From the human T2T-CHM13v2.0 reference genome, Homo sapiens, in the NCBI RefSeq assembly GCF_009914755.1, contig NC_060934.1: a stretch of DNA of 64,000 bases; one strand, written 5' to 3'. The notes under the pieces were generated by a model. That model was not told where the DNA came from. It searched no databases and saw only the letters and a list, made by a program, of their open reading frames with translations. Position 1 is the first letter of the stretch, and each line of letters opens with the position of its first letter. A program made the translations under genes and the position numbers. Below, piece by piece: positions 44,101-59,500 of the stretch.

Positions 44101-47100
44101 TGGAATCATCTAATGGAATAGAATGGAATAATCCATGGACTCGAATGCAATCATCATCAAATGGAATCGAATGGAATAGTCGAATGGACTCGAGTGGAAT
44201 AAACATTCAACGGAATCAAATGGAATCGTCACCGGATGGAAACGAATGGAATCATCATCGAATGGAATCGAATGGAATCATCAAATGGAATCAGATGAAA
44301 TCATCATCAAATGGATTCGAATAGAATTATGGAATGAAATCCAATGTGATCATCATCGAATGGACACGAACGGAATCATCATCCAATGGAAACAAATGGA
44401 ATCAACATCGAATGGAATCGAATGGAAACGCCATCGAAAGGAAACGAATGGAATTATCATGAAATTGAAATGGATGGACTCATCATCGAATGGATTCGAA
44501 TGGAATCACCGAATGAAATTGATTGAAATCATCATCAAATGGAATCGAATGGAATCATTGAATGGAATCGAATGGAATCATCATCAGATGGAAATGAATG
44601 GAATCATCACTGAATGGAATCGAATGGATTCATTGAATGGAATCTGATGGAATCATCGAATGGACTTGAATGGAATCATTGAATGGACTCGAATGGAATC
44701 TTTATTGAATGGAATTGAATGGAATCATCGAATGGTCTCGAATGGAATCATTATCAAATGGAATCGAATGGAATCACCGAATAGAATCGAATGGAACAAT
44801 CATCGAATGGACTCAAATGGAATTATCCTCAAATGGAATCGAATGGATTTATCGAATGCAATCGAATGGAATTATCGAAAGCAATCGAATAGAATCATCG
44901 AATGGACTCGAATGGAATCATCGAATGGAATGGAATGGAAGAGTCAATGAACTCGAATGGAATCATCGTTGAATGGAATCGAATGGAATCATCGAGTGGA
45001 ATCGAATGGAATCATGATCAAATGGAATCGAATGTAATCATAATCAAATGGAATTCAAAATCACCATCATCAATTGGTACTGGATGGAATTGTCATCAAA
45101 TGGAATTCAAAGGAATCATCATCAAATGGAACCGAATGGAATCCTCATTGAATGGAAATGAAAGGAGTCATCATCTAATGGAATCGCATGGAATCATCAT
45201 CAAATGGAATCGAATGGAATCATCATCAAATGGAATCGAATGGAATCATTGAACGGAATTGAATCGAGTCGTCATCGAATGAATTGAATGCAATCACCGA
45301 ATGGCCTCGAAAGGAATAATCTTCAAATGGAAAGGAATGGAATCATCTCATAGAATCGAATGGAATTATCAACGAATGGACTCGAATGGAATCAACATCA
45401 AACGGAATTATCGAATGGAATCGAAGAGAATCATCGAATGGTCACGAATGGAATCATCTAATGGAATGGAATGTAATAATCCATGGACCCGAATGCAATC
45501 ATCATCGAATAGAATCGAATGGAATCATCGAATGGACACGAATGGAATAATCATTGAACGGAATCGAATTGAATCATCGTCGAATGGAAACGCATGGAAT
45601 CATCATCGAATGGAAATGAAAGGAGTCATCATCTAATGGAATCGCACGGAATCATCATCAAATGGAATCGAATGGAATCATCATCGAATGGAATCTAATG
45701 GAATAATTGAACGGAAGTGAATGGAATCGTCATCGAATGAATTGAATGCAATCATCGAATGGTCTCGAATGTAACCATCTTCAAATGGAATGGAATGGAA
45801 TCATCGCATAGAATCGAATGGAATTATCATCGAATGGACTCAAATGGAATCAACATCAAACGGAATCAAACGGAATTATCGAATGGAATCGAAGAGAATC
45901 ATCGAATGGACTCGAATGGAGTCATCTAATGAAATAGAATGGAATAATCCCTGGACTCGAATGCAATCATCATCAAATGGAATCGAATGGAATCGTCGAA
46001 TGGACTCGAGTGGAATAAACATTGAAGGGAATCGAATGGAATCGTCACCGGATGGAAACGAATGGAATCATCATCGAATGGAATCGAATGGAATCATCAA
46101 ATGGAATCAGATGAAATCATCATCAAATGGATTCGAATAGAATTATGGAATGAAATCCAATGTGATCATCATCGAATGGACACGAACGGAATCATCATCC
46201 AATGGAAACAAATGGAATCAACATCGAATGGAATCGAATGGAAACGCCATCGAAAGGAAACGAATGGAATTATCATGAAATTGAAATGGATGGACTCATC
46301 ATCGAGTGGATTCGAATGGAATCACCGAATGAAATTGATTGAAATCATCATCAAATGGAATCGAATGGAATCATTGAATGGAATCGAATGGAATCATCAT
46401 CAGATGGAAATGAATGGAATCATCACTGAATGGAATCGAATGGATTCATTGAATGGAATCTGATGGAATCATCGAATGGACTTGAGTGGAATCATTGAAT
46501 GGACTCAAATGGAATCTTTATTGAATGGAATTGAATGGAATCATCGAATGGTTTCGAATGGAATCATTATCAAATGGAATCGAATGGAATCACCGAATAG
46601 AATCGAATGGAACAATCATCGAATGGACTCAAATGCAATTATCCTCAAATGGAATCGAATGGATTTATCGAATGCAATCGAATGGAATTATCGAAAGCAA
46701 TCGAATAGAATCATCGAATGGACTCGAATGAAATCATCGAATGGAATGGAATGGAAGAGTCAATGAACTCGAATGGAATCATCATTGAATGGAATCGAAT
46801 GGAATCATCGAGTGGAATCGAATGGAATCATGATCAAATGGAATCGAATGTAATCATCATCAAATGGAATCCAAAATCACCATCATCAATTGGTACTGAA
46901 TGGAATTGTCATCAAATGGAATTCAAAGGAATCATCATCAAATGGAACCGAATGGAATCCTCATTGAATGGAAATGAAAGGAGTCATCACCTAATGGAAT
47001 CGCATGGAATCATCATCAAATGGAATCGAATGGAATCATCATCAAATGGAATCGAATGGAATCATTGAACGGAATTGAATCGAATCGTCATCGAATGAAT

Positions 47101-49150
47101 TGAATGCAATCATCGAATGGTCTCGAATGGAATCATCTTCAAATGGAAAGGAATGGAATCATCGCATAGAATCGAATGGAATTATCATCGAATGGACCCG
47201 AATGGAATCAACATCAAACGGAATCAAACGGAATAATCGAATGGAATCGAAGAGAATCATCGAATGGCCACGAATGGAATCATCTAATGGAATGGAATGG
47301 AATAATCCATGGACCCGAATGCAATCATCATCGAATAGAATCGAATGGAATCATCGAATGGACTCGAATGGAATAATCTTTGAACGCAATCGAATGGAAT
47401 CATCGAGTGGAATCGAATGGAATCATGATCAAATGGAATCGAATGTAATCATCATCAAATGGAATCCAAAATCACCATCATCAATTGGTACTGAATGGAA
47501 TTGTCATCAAATGGAATTCAAAGGAATCATCATCAAATGGAACCGAATGGAATCCTCATTGAATGGAAATGAAAGGAGTCATCATCTAATGGAATTGCAT
47601 GGAATCATCATCAAATGGAATCGAATGGAATCATCATCAAATGGAATCGAATGGAATCATTGAACGGAATTGAATGGAATCCTCATCGAATGAATTGAGT
47701 GCAATCATCGAATGGTCTCGAATGGAATCATCTTCAAATGGAAAGGAATGGAATCATCGCATAGAATCGAATGGAATTATCAACGAATGGACTCGAATGG
47801 AATCAACATCAAACGGAATCAAACGGAATTATCGAATGGAATCGAAGAGAATCATCGAATGGCCATGAATGGAATCATCTAATGGAATGGAATGGAATAA
47901 TCCATGGACCCGAATGCAATCATCATCGAATAGAATCGAATGGAATCATCGAATGGACACGAATGGAATAATCATTGAATGGAATCGAATGGAATCATCG
48001 TCGAATGGAAACGCATGGAATCATCATCGAATGGAAATGAAAGGAGTCATCATCTAATGAAATCGCACGGAATCATCATCAAATGGAATCGAATGGAAGC
48101 ATCATCGAATGGAATCTAATGGAATCATTGAACGGAATTGCATGGAATCGTCATCGAATGAATTGAATGCAATCATCGAATGGTGTCGAATGGAATCATC
48201 TTCAAATGGAATGGAATGGAATCATCGCATAGAATCGAATGGAATTATCATCGAATGGACTCAAATGGAATCAACATCAAACGGAATAAAACGGAATTAT
48301 CGAATGGAATCGAAGAGAATCATCGAATGGACTCGAATGGAATCATCTAATGAAATAGAATGGAATAATCCATGGACTCGAATGCAATCATCATCAAATG
48401 GAATCGAATGGAATCGTCGAATGGACTCGAGCGGAATAAACATTCAATGGAATCGAATGGAATCGTCACCGGATGGAAACGAATGGAATCATCATCGAAT
48501 GGAATCGAATGGAATCATCAAATGGAATCAGATGGAATCATCATCAAATGGAATCAAATAGAATTATGGAATGAAATCCAATGTGATCATCATCGAATGG
48601 ACTCGAACGGAATCATCATCCAATGGAAACTAATGGAATCAACATCGAATGGAATCGAATGGAAACGCCATCGAATTGAAACGAATGGAATTATCATGAA
48701 ATTGAAATGGATGGACTCATCATCGAATGGATTCGAATGGAATCACCGAATGAAATTGATAGAAATCATCATCAAATGGAATCGAATGGAATCATTGAAT
48801 GGAATCGAATGGAATCATCATCAGATGGAAATGAATGGAATCATCATTGAATGGAATCGAATGGATTCTTTGAATGGAATCTGATGGAATCATCGAATGG
48901 TCTTGAATGGAATCATTGAATGGACTCGAATGGAATCTTTATTGAATGGAATTGAATGGAATCATCGAATGGTCTCGAATGGAATCATTATCAAATGGAA
49001 TCGAATGGAATCACCGAATAGAATCGAATGGAACAATCATCGAATGGACTCAAGTGGAATTATCCTCAAATGGAATCAAATGGAATTATCGAATGCAATC
49101 TAATGGAATTATCGAATGCAATCGAATAGAATCATCGAATGGACTCGAAT
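26200..49150. repeat. 6063-bp trimeric higher-order repeat (1826+1816+2421) with deletion derivatives
   Basis: The 595-bp duplication junction recurs at 26795, 32858, 37095, 41342 and 47405, giving spacings of 6063, 4237, 4247 and 6063. Private alleles recur at offset 10310 (e.g. GGCCATGAAT, TGGTGTCGAA, CTTGAGTGGA). Confidence 0.82.
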
Positions 49151-52100
49151 GGTATCATCGAATGGAACGGAATGGAATAGTCAATGAACTCGAATGGAAT
49201 CATCATTGAATGGAATTGAATGGAATCATCGAGTGGAATCGAATGGAATCATGATCAAATGGAATCGAATGTAATCATCATCAAATGGAATCCAAATTAA
49301 CCATCATCACTTGGTATTGAATGGAATTGTCATCAAATGGAATTCAAAGGAATCATCATGAAATGGAACCGAATGGAATCATCATTGAATGGAAATGAAA
49401 GGAGTCATCATCTAATGGAATCGCATGGAATCATCATCAAATGAAATCGAATGGAATCATCATCAAATGGAATCTAATGGAATCATTGAACGGAATTGAA
49501 TGGAGTCGTCATCGAATGAATTGAGTGCAATCATCGAATGGTCTCGAAAGGAATAATCTTCAAATGGAAAGGAATGGAATCATCGCATAGAATCGAATGG
49601 AATTATCAAGGAATGGACTCGAATGGGATCAACATCAAACGGAATTATCGAATGGAATCGAAGAGAATCATCGAATGGCCACGAATGGAATCATCTAATG
49701 GAATGGAATGGAATAATCCATGGACCCGAATGCAATCATCATCGAATAGAATCGAATGGAATCATCGAATGGACACGAATGGAATAATCATTGAACGGAA
49801 TCGAATGGAATCATCGTCGAATGGAAACGCATGGAATCATCATCGAATGGAAATGAAAGGAGTCATCATCTAATGGAATCGCACAGAATCATCATCAAAT
49901 GGAATCGAATGGAATCATCATCGAATGGAATCTAATGGAATAATTGAACGGAAGTGAATGGAATCGTCATCGAATGAATTGAATGCAATCATCAAATGGT
50001 CTCGAATGTAACCATCTTCAAATGGAATGGAATGGAATCATCGCATAGAATCGAATGGAATTATCATCGAATGGACTCAAATGGAATCAACATCAAACGG
50101 AATCAAACGGAATTATCGAATGGAATCGAAGAGAATCATCGAATGGACTCGAATGGAATCATCTAATGAAATAGAATGGAATAATCCATGGACTCGAATG
50201 CAATCATCATCAAATGGAATCGAATGGAATCGTCGAATGGACTCGAGTGGAATAAACATTCAACGGAATCGAATGGAATCGTCACCGGTTGGAAACGAAT
50301 GGAATCATCATCGACTGGAATCGAATGGAATCATCAAATGGAATCAGATGAAATCATCATCAAATGGATTCGAATAGAATTATGGAATGAAATCCAATGT
50401 GATCATCATCGAATGGACACGAACGGAATCATCATCCAATGGAAACAAATGGAATCAACATCGAATGGAATCGAATGGAAACGCCATCGAAAGGAAACGA
50501 ATGGAATTATCATGAAATTGAAATGGATGGACTCATCATCGAATGGATTCGAATGGAATCACCGAATGAAATTGATTGAAATCATCATCAAATGGAATCG
50601 AATGGAATCATTGAATGGAATCGAATGGAATCATCATCAGATGGAAATGAATGGAATCATCACTGAATGGAATCGAATGGATTCATTGAATGGAATCTGA
50701 TGGAATCATCGAATGGACTTGAATGGAATCATTGAATGGACTCGAATGGAATCTTTATTGAATGGAATTGAATGGAATCATCGAATGGTCTCGAATGGAA
50801 TCATTATCAAATGGAATCGAATGGAATCACCGAATAGAATCGAATGGAACAATCATCGAATGGACTCAAATGGAATTATCCTCAAATGGAATCGAATGGA
50901 TTTATCGAATGCAATCGAATGGAATTATCGAAAGCAATCGAATAGAATCATCGAATGGACTCGAATGGAATCATCGAATGGAAGGGAATGGAATAGTCAA
51001 TGAACTCGAATGGAATCATCATTGAATGGAATCGAATGGAATCATCGAGTGGAATCGAATGGAATCATGATCAAATGGAATCGAATGTAATCATCATCAA
51101 ATGGAATCCAAAATCACCATCATCAATTGGTACTGAATGGAATTGTCATCAAATGGAATTCAAAGGAATCATCATCAAATGGAACCGAATGGAATCCTCA
51201 TTGAATGGAAATGAAAGGAGTCATCATCTAATGGAATCGCATGGAATCATCATCAAATGAAATCGAATGGAATCATCATCAAATGGAATCGAATGGAATC
51301 ATTGAACGGAATTGAATCGAATCGTCATCGAATGAATTGAATGCAATCATCGAATGGTCTCGAATGGAATCATCTTCAAATGGAAAGGAATGGAATCATC
51401 GCATAGAATCGAATGGAATTATCATCGAATGGACTCGAATGGAATCAACATCAAACGGAATCAAACGGAATTATCGAATGGAAGCGAAGAGAATCATCGA
51501 ATGGACTCGAATGGAATCATCTAATGGAATGGAATGGAATAATCCATGGACCCGAATGCAATCATCATCGAATAGAATCGAATGCAATCATCGAATGTAC
51601 TCGAATGGAATAATCATTGAACGAAATCGAATGGAATCATCGTCGAATGGAAACGAATGGAATCATCATCGAATGGAAATGAAAGGAGTCATCATCTAAT
51701 GGAATCGCATGGAATCATCATCAAATGGAATCAAATGGAATCATCATCGAATGGAATCTAATGTAATCATTGAACGGAATTGCATGGAATCGTCATCGAA
51801 TGAATTGAATGCAATCATCGAATGGTCTCGAATGGAATCATCTTCAAATGGATTGGAATGGAATCATCGCATAGAATCGAATGGAATTATCATCGAATGG
51901 ACTCAAATGGAATCAACATCAAACGGAATCAAACGGAATTATCGAATGGAATCGAAGAGAATCATCGAATGGACTCGAATGGAATCATCTAATGAAATAG
52001 AATGGAATAATCCATGGACTCGAATGCAATCATCATCAAATGGAATCGAATGGAATCGTCGAATGGACTCGAGTGGAATAAACATTCAACGGAATCGAAT

Positions 52101-55100
52101 GGAATCGTCACTGGATGGAAACGAATGGAATCATCATCGAATGGAATCGAATGGAATCATCAAATGGAATCAGATGAAATCATCATCAAATGGATTCGAA
52201 TAGAATTATGGAATGAAATCCAATGTGATCATCATTGAATGGACTCAAACGGAATCATCATCCAATGGAAACTAATGGAATCAACATCGAATGGAATCGA
52301 ATGGAAACGCCATCGAATTGAAACGAATGGAATTATCATGAAATTGAAATGGATGGACTCATCATCGAATGGATTCGAATGGAATCACCGAATGAAATTG
52401 ATAGAAATCATCATCAAATGGAATCGAATGGAATCATTGAATGGAATCGAATGGAATCATCATCAGATGGAAATGAATGGAATCATCATTGAATGGAATC
52501 GAATGGATTCTTTGAATGGAATCTGATGGAATCATCGAATGGTCTTGAATGGAATCATTGAATGGACTCGAATGGAATCTTTATTGAATGGAATTGAATG
52601 GAATCATCGAATGGTCACGAATGGAATCATTATCAAATGGAATCGAATGGAATCACCGAATAGAATCGAATGGAACAATCATCGAATGGACTCAAATGGA
52701 ATTATCCTCAAATGGAATCAAATGGAATTATCGAATGCAATCGAATGGAATTATCGAATGCAATCGAATAGAATCATCGAATGGACTCGAATGGTATCAT
52801 CGAATGGAACGGAATGGAATAGTCAATGAACTCGAATGGAATCATCATTGAATGGAATTGAATGGAATCATCGAGTGGAATCGAATGGAATCATGATCAA
52901 ATGGAATCGAATGTAATCATCATCAAATGGAATCCAAATTAACCATCATCACTTGGTATTGAATGGAATTGTCATCAAATGGAATTCAAAGGAATCATCA
53001 TGAAATGGAACCGAATGGAATCATCATTGAATGGAAATGAAAGGAGTCATCATCTAATGGAATCGCATGGAATCATCATCAAATGGAATCGAATGGAATC
53101 ATCATCAAATGGAATCTAATGGAATCATTGAACGGAATTGAATGGAATCGTCATCGAATGAATTGAGTGCAATCATCGAATGGTCTCGAAAGGAATAATC
53201 TTCAAATGGAAAGGAATGGAATCATCTCATAGAATCGAATGGAATTATCAACGAATGGACTCGAATGGAATCAACATCAAACGGAATTATCGAATGGAAT
53301 CGAAGAGAATCATCGAATGGCCACGAATGGAATCATCTAATGGAATGGAATGGAATAATCCATGGACCCGAATGCAATCATCATCGAATAGAATCGAATG
53401 GAATCATCGAATGGACACGAATGGAATAATCATTGAACGGAATTGAATGGAATCATCGTCGAATGGAAACGCATGGAATCATCATCGAATGGAAATGAAA
53501 GGAGTCATCATCTAATGGAATCGCACGGAATCATCATCAAATGGAATGGAATGGAATCATCATCGAATGGAATCTAATGGAATAATTGAATGGAAGTGAA
53601 TGGAATCGTCATCGAATGAATTGAATGCAATCATCGAATGGTCTCGAATGTAACCATCTTCAAATGGAATGGAATGGAATCATCGCATAGAATCGAATGG
53701 AATTATCATCGAATGGCCTCAAATGGAATCAACATCAAACGGAATCAAACGGAATTATCGAATGGAATCGAAGAGAATCATCGAATGGACTCGAATGGAA
53801 TCATCTAATGAAATAGAATGGAATAATCCATGGACTCGAATGCAATCATCATCAAATGGAATCGAATGGAATCGTCGAATGGACTCGAGTGGAATAAACA
53901 TTCAACGGAATCGAATGGAATCGTCACCGGATGGAAACGAATGGAATCATCATCGAATGGAATCGAATGGAATCATCAAATGGAATCAGATGAAATCATC
54001 ATCAAATGGATTCGAATAGAATTATGGAATGAAATCCAATGTGATCATCATCGAATGGACTCGAACGGAATCATCATCCAATGGAAACAAATGGAATCAA
54101 CATCGAATGGAATCGAATGGAAACGCCATCGAAAGGAAACGAATGGAATTATCATGAAATTGAAATGGATGGACTCATCATCGAATGGATTCGAATGGAA
54201 TCACTGAATGAAATTGATTGAAATCATCATCAAATGGAATCGAATGGAATCATTGAATGGAATCGAATGGAATCATCATCAGATGGAAATGAATGGAATC
54301 ATCACTGAATGGAATCGAATGGATTCATTGAATGGAATCTGATGGAATCATCGAATGGACTTGAATGGAATCATTGAATGGACTCGAATGGAATCTTTAT
54401 TGAATGGAATTGAATGGAATCATCGAATGGTCTCGAATGGAATCATTATCAAATGGAATCGAATGGAATCACCGAATAGAATCGAATGGAACAATCATCG
54501 AATGGACTCAAATGGAATTATCCTCAAATGGAATCGAATGGATTTATCGAATGCAATCGAATGGAATTATCGAAAGCAATCGAATAGAATCATCGAATGG
54601 ACTCGAATGGAATCATCGAATGGAATGGAATGGAAGAGTCAATGAACTCGAATGGAATCATCATTGAATGGAATCGAATGGAATCATCGAGTGGAATCGA
54701 ATGGAATCATGATCAAATGGAATCGAATGTAATCATCATCAAATGGAATCCAAAATCACCATCATCAATTGGTACTGAATGGAACTGTCATCAAATGGAA
54801 TTCAAAGGAATCATCATCAAATGGAACCGAATGGAATCCTCATTGAATGGAAATGAAAGGAGTCATCATCTAATGGAATCGCATGGAATCATCATCAAAT
54901 GGAATCGAATGGAATCATCATCAAATGGAATCGAATGGAATCATTGAACGGAATTGAATCGAGTCGTCATCGAATGAATTGAATGCAATCATCGAATGGT
55001 CTCGAATGGAATCATCTTCAAATGGAAAGGAATGGAATCATCGCATAGAATCGAATGGAATTATCATCGAATGGACTCGAATGGAATCAACATCAAACGG

Positions 55101-58100
55101 AATCAAACGGAATTATCGAATGGAATCGAAGAGAATCATCGAATGGACTCGAATGGAATCATCTATTGGAATGGAATGGAATAATCCATGGACCCGAATG
55201 TAATCATCATCGAATAGAATCGAATGCAGTCATCGAATGGACTCAAATGGAATAATCATTGAACGAAATCGAATGGAATCATCGTCGAATGGAAACGAAT
55301 GGAATCATCAGCGAATGGAAATGAAAGGAGTCATCATCTAATGGAATCGCATAGAATCATCATCAAATGGAATCAAATGGAATCATCATCGAATGGAATC
55401 TAATGGAATCATTGAACGGAATTGCATGGAATCGTCATCGAATGAATTGAATGCAATCATCGAATGGTCTCGAATGGAATCATCTTCAAATGGAATGGAA
55501 TGGAATCATCGCATAGAATCGAATGGAATTATCATCGAATGGCCTCAAATGGAATCAACATCAAACGGAATCAAACGGAATTATCGAATGGAATCGAAGA
55601 GAATCATCAAATGGACTCGAATGGAATCATCTAATGAAATAGAATGGAATAATCCATGGACTCGAATGCAATCATCATCAAATGGAATCGAATGGAATCG
55701 TCGAATGGACTCGAGTGGAATAAACATTCAACGGAATCGAATGGAATCGTCACCGGATGGAAACGAATGGAATCATCATCGAATGGAATCGAATGGAATC
55801 ATCAAATGGAATCAGATGGAATCATCACCAAATGGAATCAAATAGAATTATGGAATGAAATCCAATGTGATCATCATCGAATGGACTCAAACGGAATCAT
55901 CATCCAATGGAAACTAATGGAATCAACATCGAATGGAATCGAATGGAAACGCCATCGAATTGAAACGAATGGAATTATCATGAAATTGAAATGGATGGAC
56001 TCATCATCGAATGGATTCGAATGGAATCACCGAATGAAATTGATAGAAATCATCATCAAATGGAATCGAATGGAATCATTGAATGGAATCGAATGGAATC
56101 ATCATCAGATGGAAATGAATGGAATCATCATTGAATGGAATCGAATGGATTCTTTGAATGGAATCTGATGGAATCATCGAATGGTCTTGAATGGAATCAT
56201 TGAATGGACTCGAATGGAATCTTTATTGAATGGAATTGAATGGAATCATCGAATGGTCTCGAATGGAATCATTATCAAATGGAATCGAATGGAATCACCG
56301 AATAGAATCGAATGGAACAATCATCGAATGGACTCAAATGGAATTATCCTCAAATGGAATCAAATGGAATTATCGAATGCAATCGAATGGAATTATCGAA
56401 TGCAATCGAATAGAATCATCGAATGGACTCGAATGGTATCATCGAATGGAACGGAATGGAATAGTCAATGAACTCGAATGGAATCATCTTTGAATGGAAT
56501 TGAATGGAATCATCGAGTGGAATCGAATGGAATCATGATCAAATGGAATCGAATGTAATCATCATCAAATGGAATCCAAAATCACCATCATCACTTGGTA
56601 TTGAATGGAATTGTCATCAAATGGAATTCAAAGGAATCATCATGAAATGGAACCGAATGGAATCAACATTGAATGGAAATGAAAGGAGTCATCATCTAAT
56701 GGAATTGCATGGAATCATCATCAAATGAAATCGAATGGAATCATCATCAAATGGAATCTAATGGAATCATTGAACGGAATTGAATGGAATCGTCATCGAA
56801 TGAATTGAGTGCAATCATCGAATGGTCTCGAAAGGAATAATCTTCAAATGGAAAGGAATGGAATCATCGCATAGAATCGAATGGAATTATCAACGAATGG
56901 ACTCGAATGGGATCAACATCAAACGGAATTATCGAATGGAATCGAAGAGAATCATCGAATGGCCACGAATGGAATCATCTAATGGAATGGAATGGAATAA
57001 TCCATGGACCCGAATGCAATCATCATCGAATAGAATCGAATGGAATCATCGAATGGACACAAATGGAATAATCATTGAACGGAATCGAATGGAATCATCG
57101 TCGAATGGAAACGCATGGAATCATCATCGAATGGAAATGAAAGGAGTCATCATCTAATGGAATCGCACGGAATCATCATCAAATGGAATCGAATGGAATC
57201 ATCATCGAATGGAATCTAATGGAATAATTGAACAGAAGTGAATGGAATCGTCATCGAATGAATTGAATGCAATCATCGAATGGTCTCGAATGGAATCATC
57301 TTCAAATGGAATGGAATGGAATCATCGCATAGAATCGAATGGAATTATCATCGAATGGACTCAAATGGAATCAACATCAAACGGAATCCAACGGAATTAT
57401 CGAATGGAATCGAAGAGAATCATCGAATGGACTCGAATGGAATCATCTAATGAAATAGAATGGAATAATCCATGGACTCGAATGCAATCATCATCAAATG
57501 GAATCGAATGGAATCGTCGAATGGACTCGAGTGGAATAAACATTCAAAGGAATCGAATGGAATCGTCACCGGATGGAAACGAATGGAATCATCATCGAAT
57601 GGAATCGAATGGAATCATCAAATGGAATCAGATGAAATCATCATCAAATGGATTCGAATAGAATTATGGAATGAAATCCAATGTGATCATCATCGAATGG
57701 ACACGAACGGAATCATCATCCAATGGAAACAAATGGAATCAACATCGAATGGAATCGAATGGAAACGCCATCGAAAGGAAACGAATGGAATTATCATGAA
57801 ATTGAAATGGATGGACTCATCATCGAATGGATTCGAATGGAATCACCGAATGAAATTGATAGAAATCATCATCAAATGGAATCGAATGGAATCATTGAAT
57901 GGAATCGAATGGAATCATCATCAGATGGAAATGAATGGAATCATCACTGAATGGAATCGAATGGATTCATTGAATGGAATCTGATGGAATCATCGAATGG
58001 ACTTGAATGGAATCATTGAATGGACTCGAATGGAATCTTTATTGAATGGAATTGAATGGAATCATCGAATGGTCTCGAATGGAATCATTATCAAATGGAA

Positions 58101-59500
58101 TCGAATGGAATCACCGAATAGAATCGAATGGAACAATCATCGAATGGACTCAAATGGAATTATCCTCAAATGGAATCGAATGGATTTATCGAATGCAATC
58201 GAATGGAATTATCGAAAGCAATCGAATAGAATCATCGAATGGACTCGAATGGAATCATCGAATAGAATGGAATGGAAGAGTCAATGAACACGAATGGAAT
58301 CATCATTGAATGGAATCGAATGGAATCATCGAGTGGAATCGAATGGAATCATGATCAAATGGAATCGAATATAATCATCATCAAATGGAATCCAAAATCA
58401 CCATCATCAATTGGTACTGAATGGAATTGTCATCAAATGGAATTCAAAGGAATCATCATCAAATGGAAACGAATGGAATCCTCATTAAATGGAAATGAAA
58501 GGAGTCATCATCTAATGGAATCGCATGGAATCATCATCAAATGGAATCGAATGGAATCATCATCAAATGGAATCGAATGGAATCATTGAACGGAATTGAA
58601 TTGAATCGTCATCGAATGAATTGAATGCAATCATCGAATGGTCTCGAATGGAATCATCTTCAAATGGAAAGGAATGGAATCATCGCATAGAATCGAATGG
58701 AATTATCATCGAATGGACTCGAATGGAATCAACATCAAACGGAATCAAACGGAATTATCGAATGGAATCGAAGAGAATCATCGAATGGACTCGAATGGAA
58801 TCATCTAATGGAATGGAATGGAATAATCCATGGACCCGAATGCAATCATCATCGAATAGAATCGAATGCAATCATCGAATGGACGCTAATGGAATAATCA
58901 TTGAACGCAATCGAATGGAATCATCGTCGAATGGAAACGCTTGGAATCATCATCGAATGGAAATGAAAGGAGTCATCATCTAATGGAATAGCACGGAATC
59001 ATCATCAAATGGAATCGAATGGAATCATCATCGAATGGAATCTAATGGAATAATTGAACGGAAGTGAATGGAATCGTCATCGAATGAATTGAATGCAATC
59101 ATCGAATGGTCTCGAATGGAATCATCTTCAAATGGAAAGGAATGGAATCATCGCACAGAATCGAATGGAATTATCATCGAATGGACTCAAATGGAATCAA
59201 CATCAAACGGAATCAAACGGAATTATCGAATGGAATCGAAGAGAATCATCGAATGGACTCGAATGGAATCATCTAATGAAATAGAATGGAATAATCCATG
59301 GACTCGAATGCAATCATCATCAAATGGAATCGAATGGAATCGTCGAATGGACTCGAGTGGAATAAACCTTCAACGGAATCGAATGGAATCGTCACCGGAT
59401 GGAAACGAATGGAATCATCATCGAATGGAATCGAATGGAATCATCAAATGGAATCAGATGGAATCATCATCAAATGGAATCGAATAGAATTATGGAATGA
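48575..59500. repeat. A/B dimeric higher-order repeat, second tract (three dimers)
   Basis: Spacings are 1816, 1826, 1816, 1826, 1816, 1826 with the same alternating A/B alleles. Confidence 0.85.
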
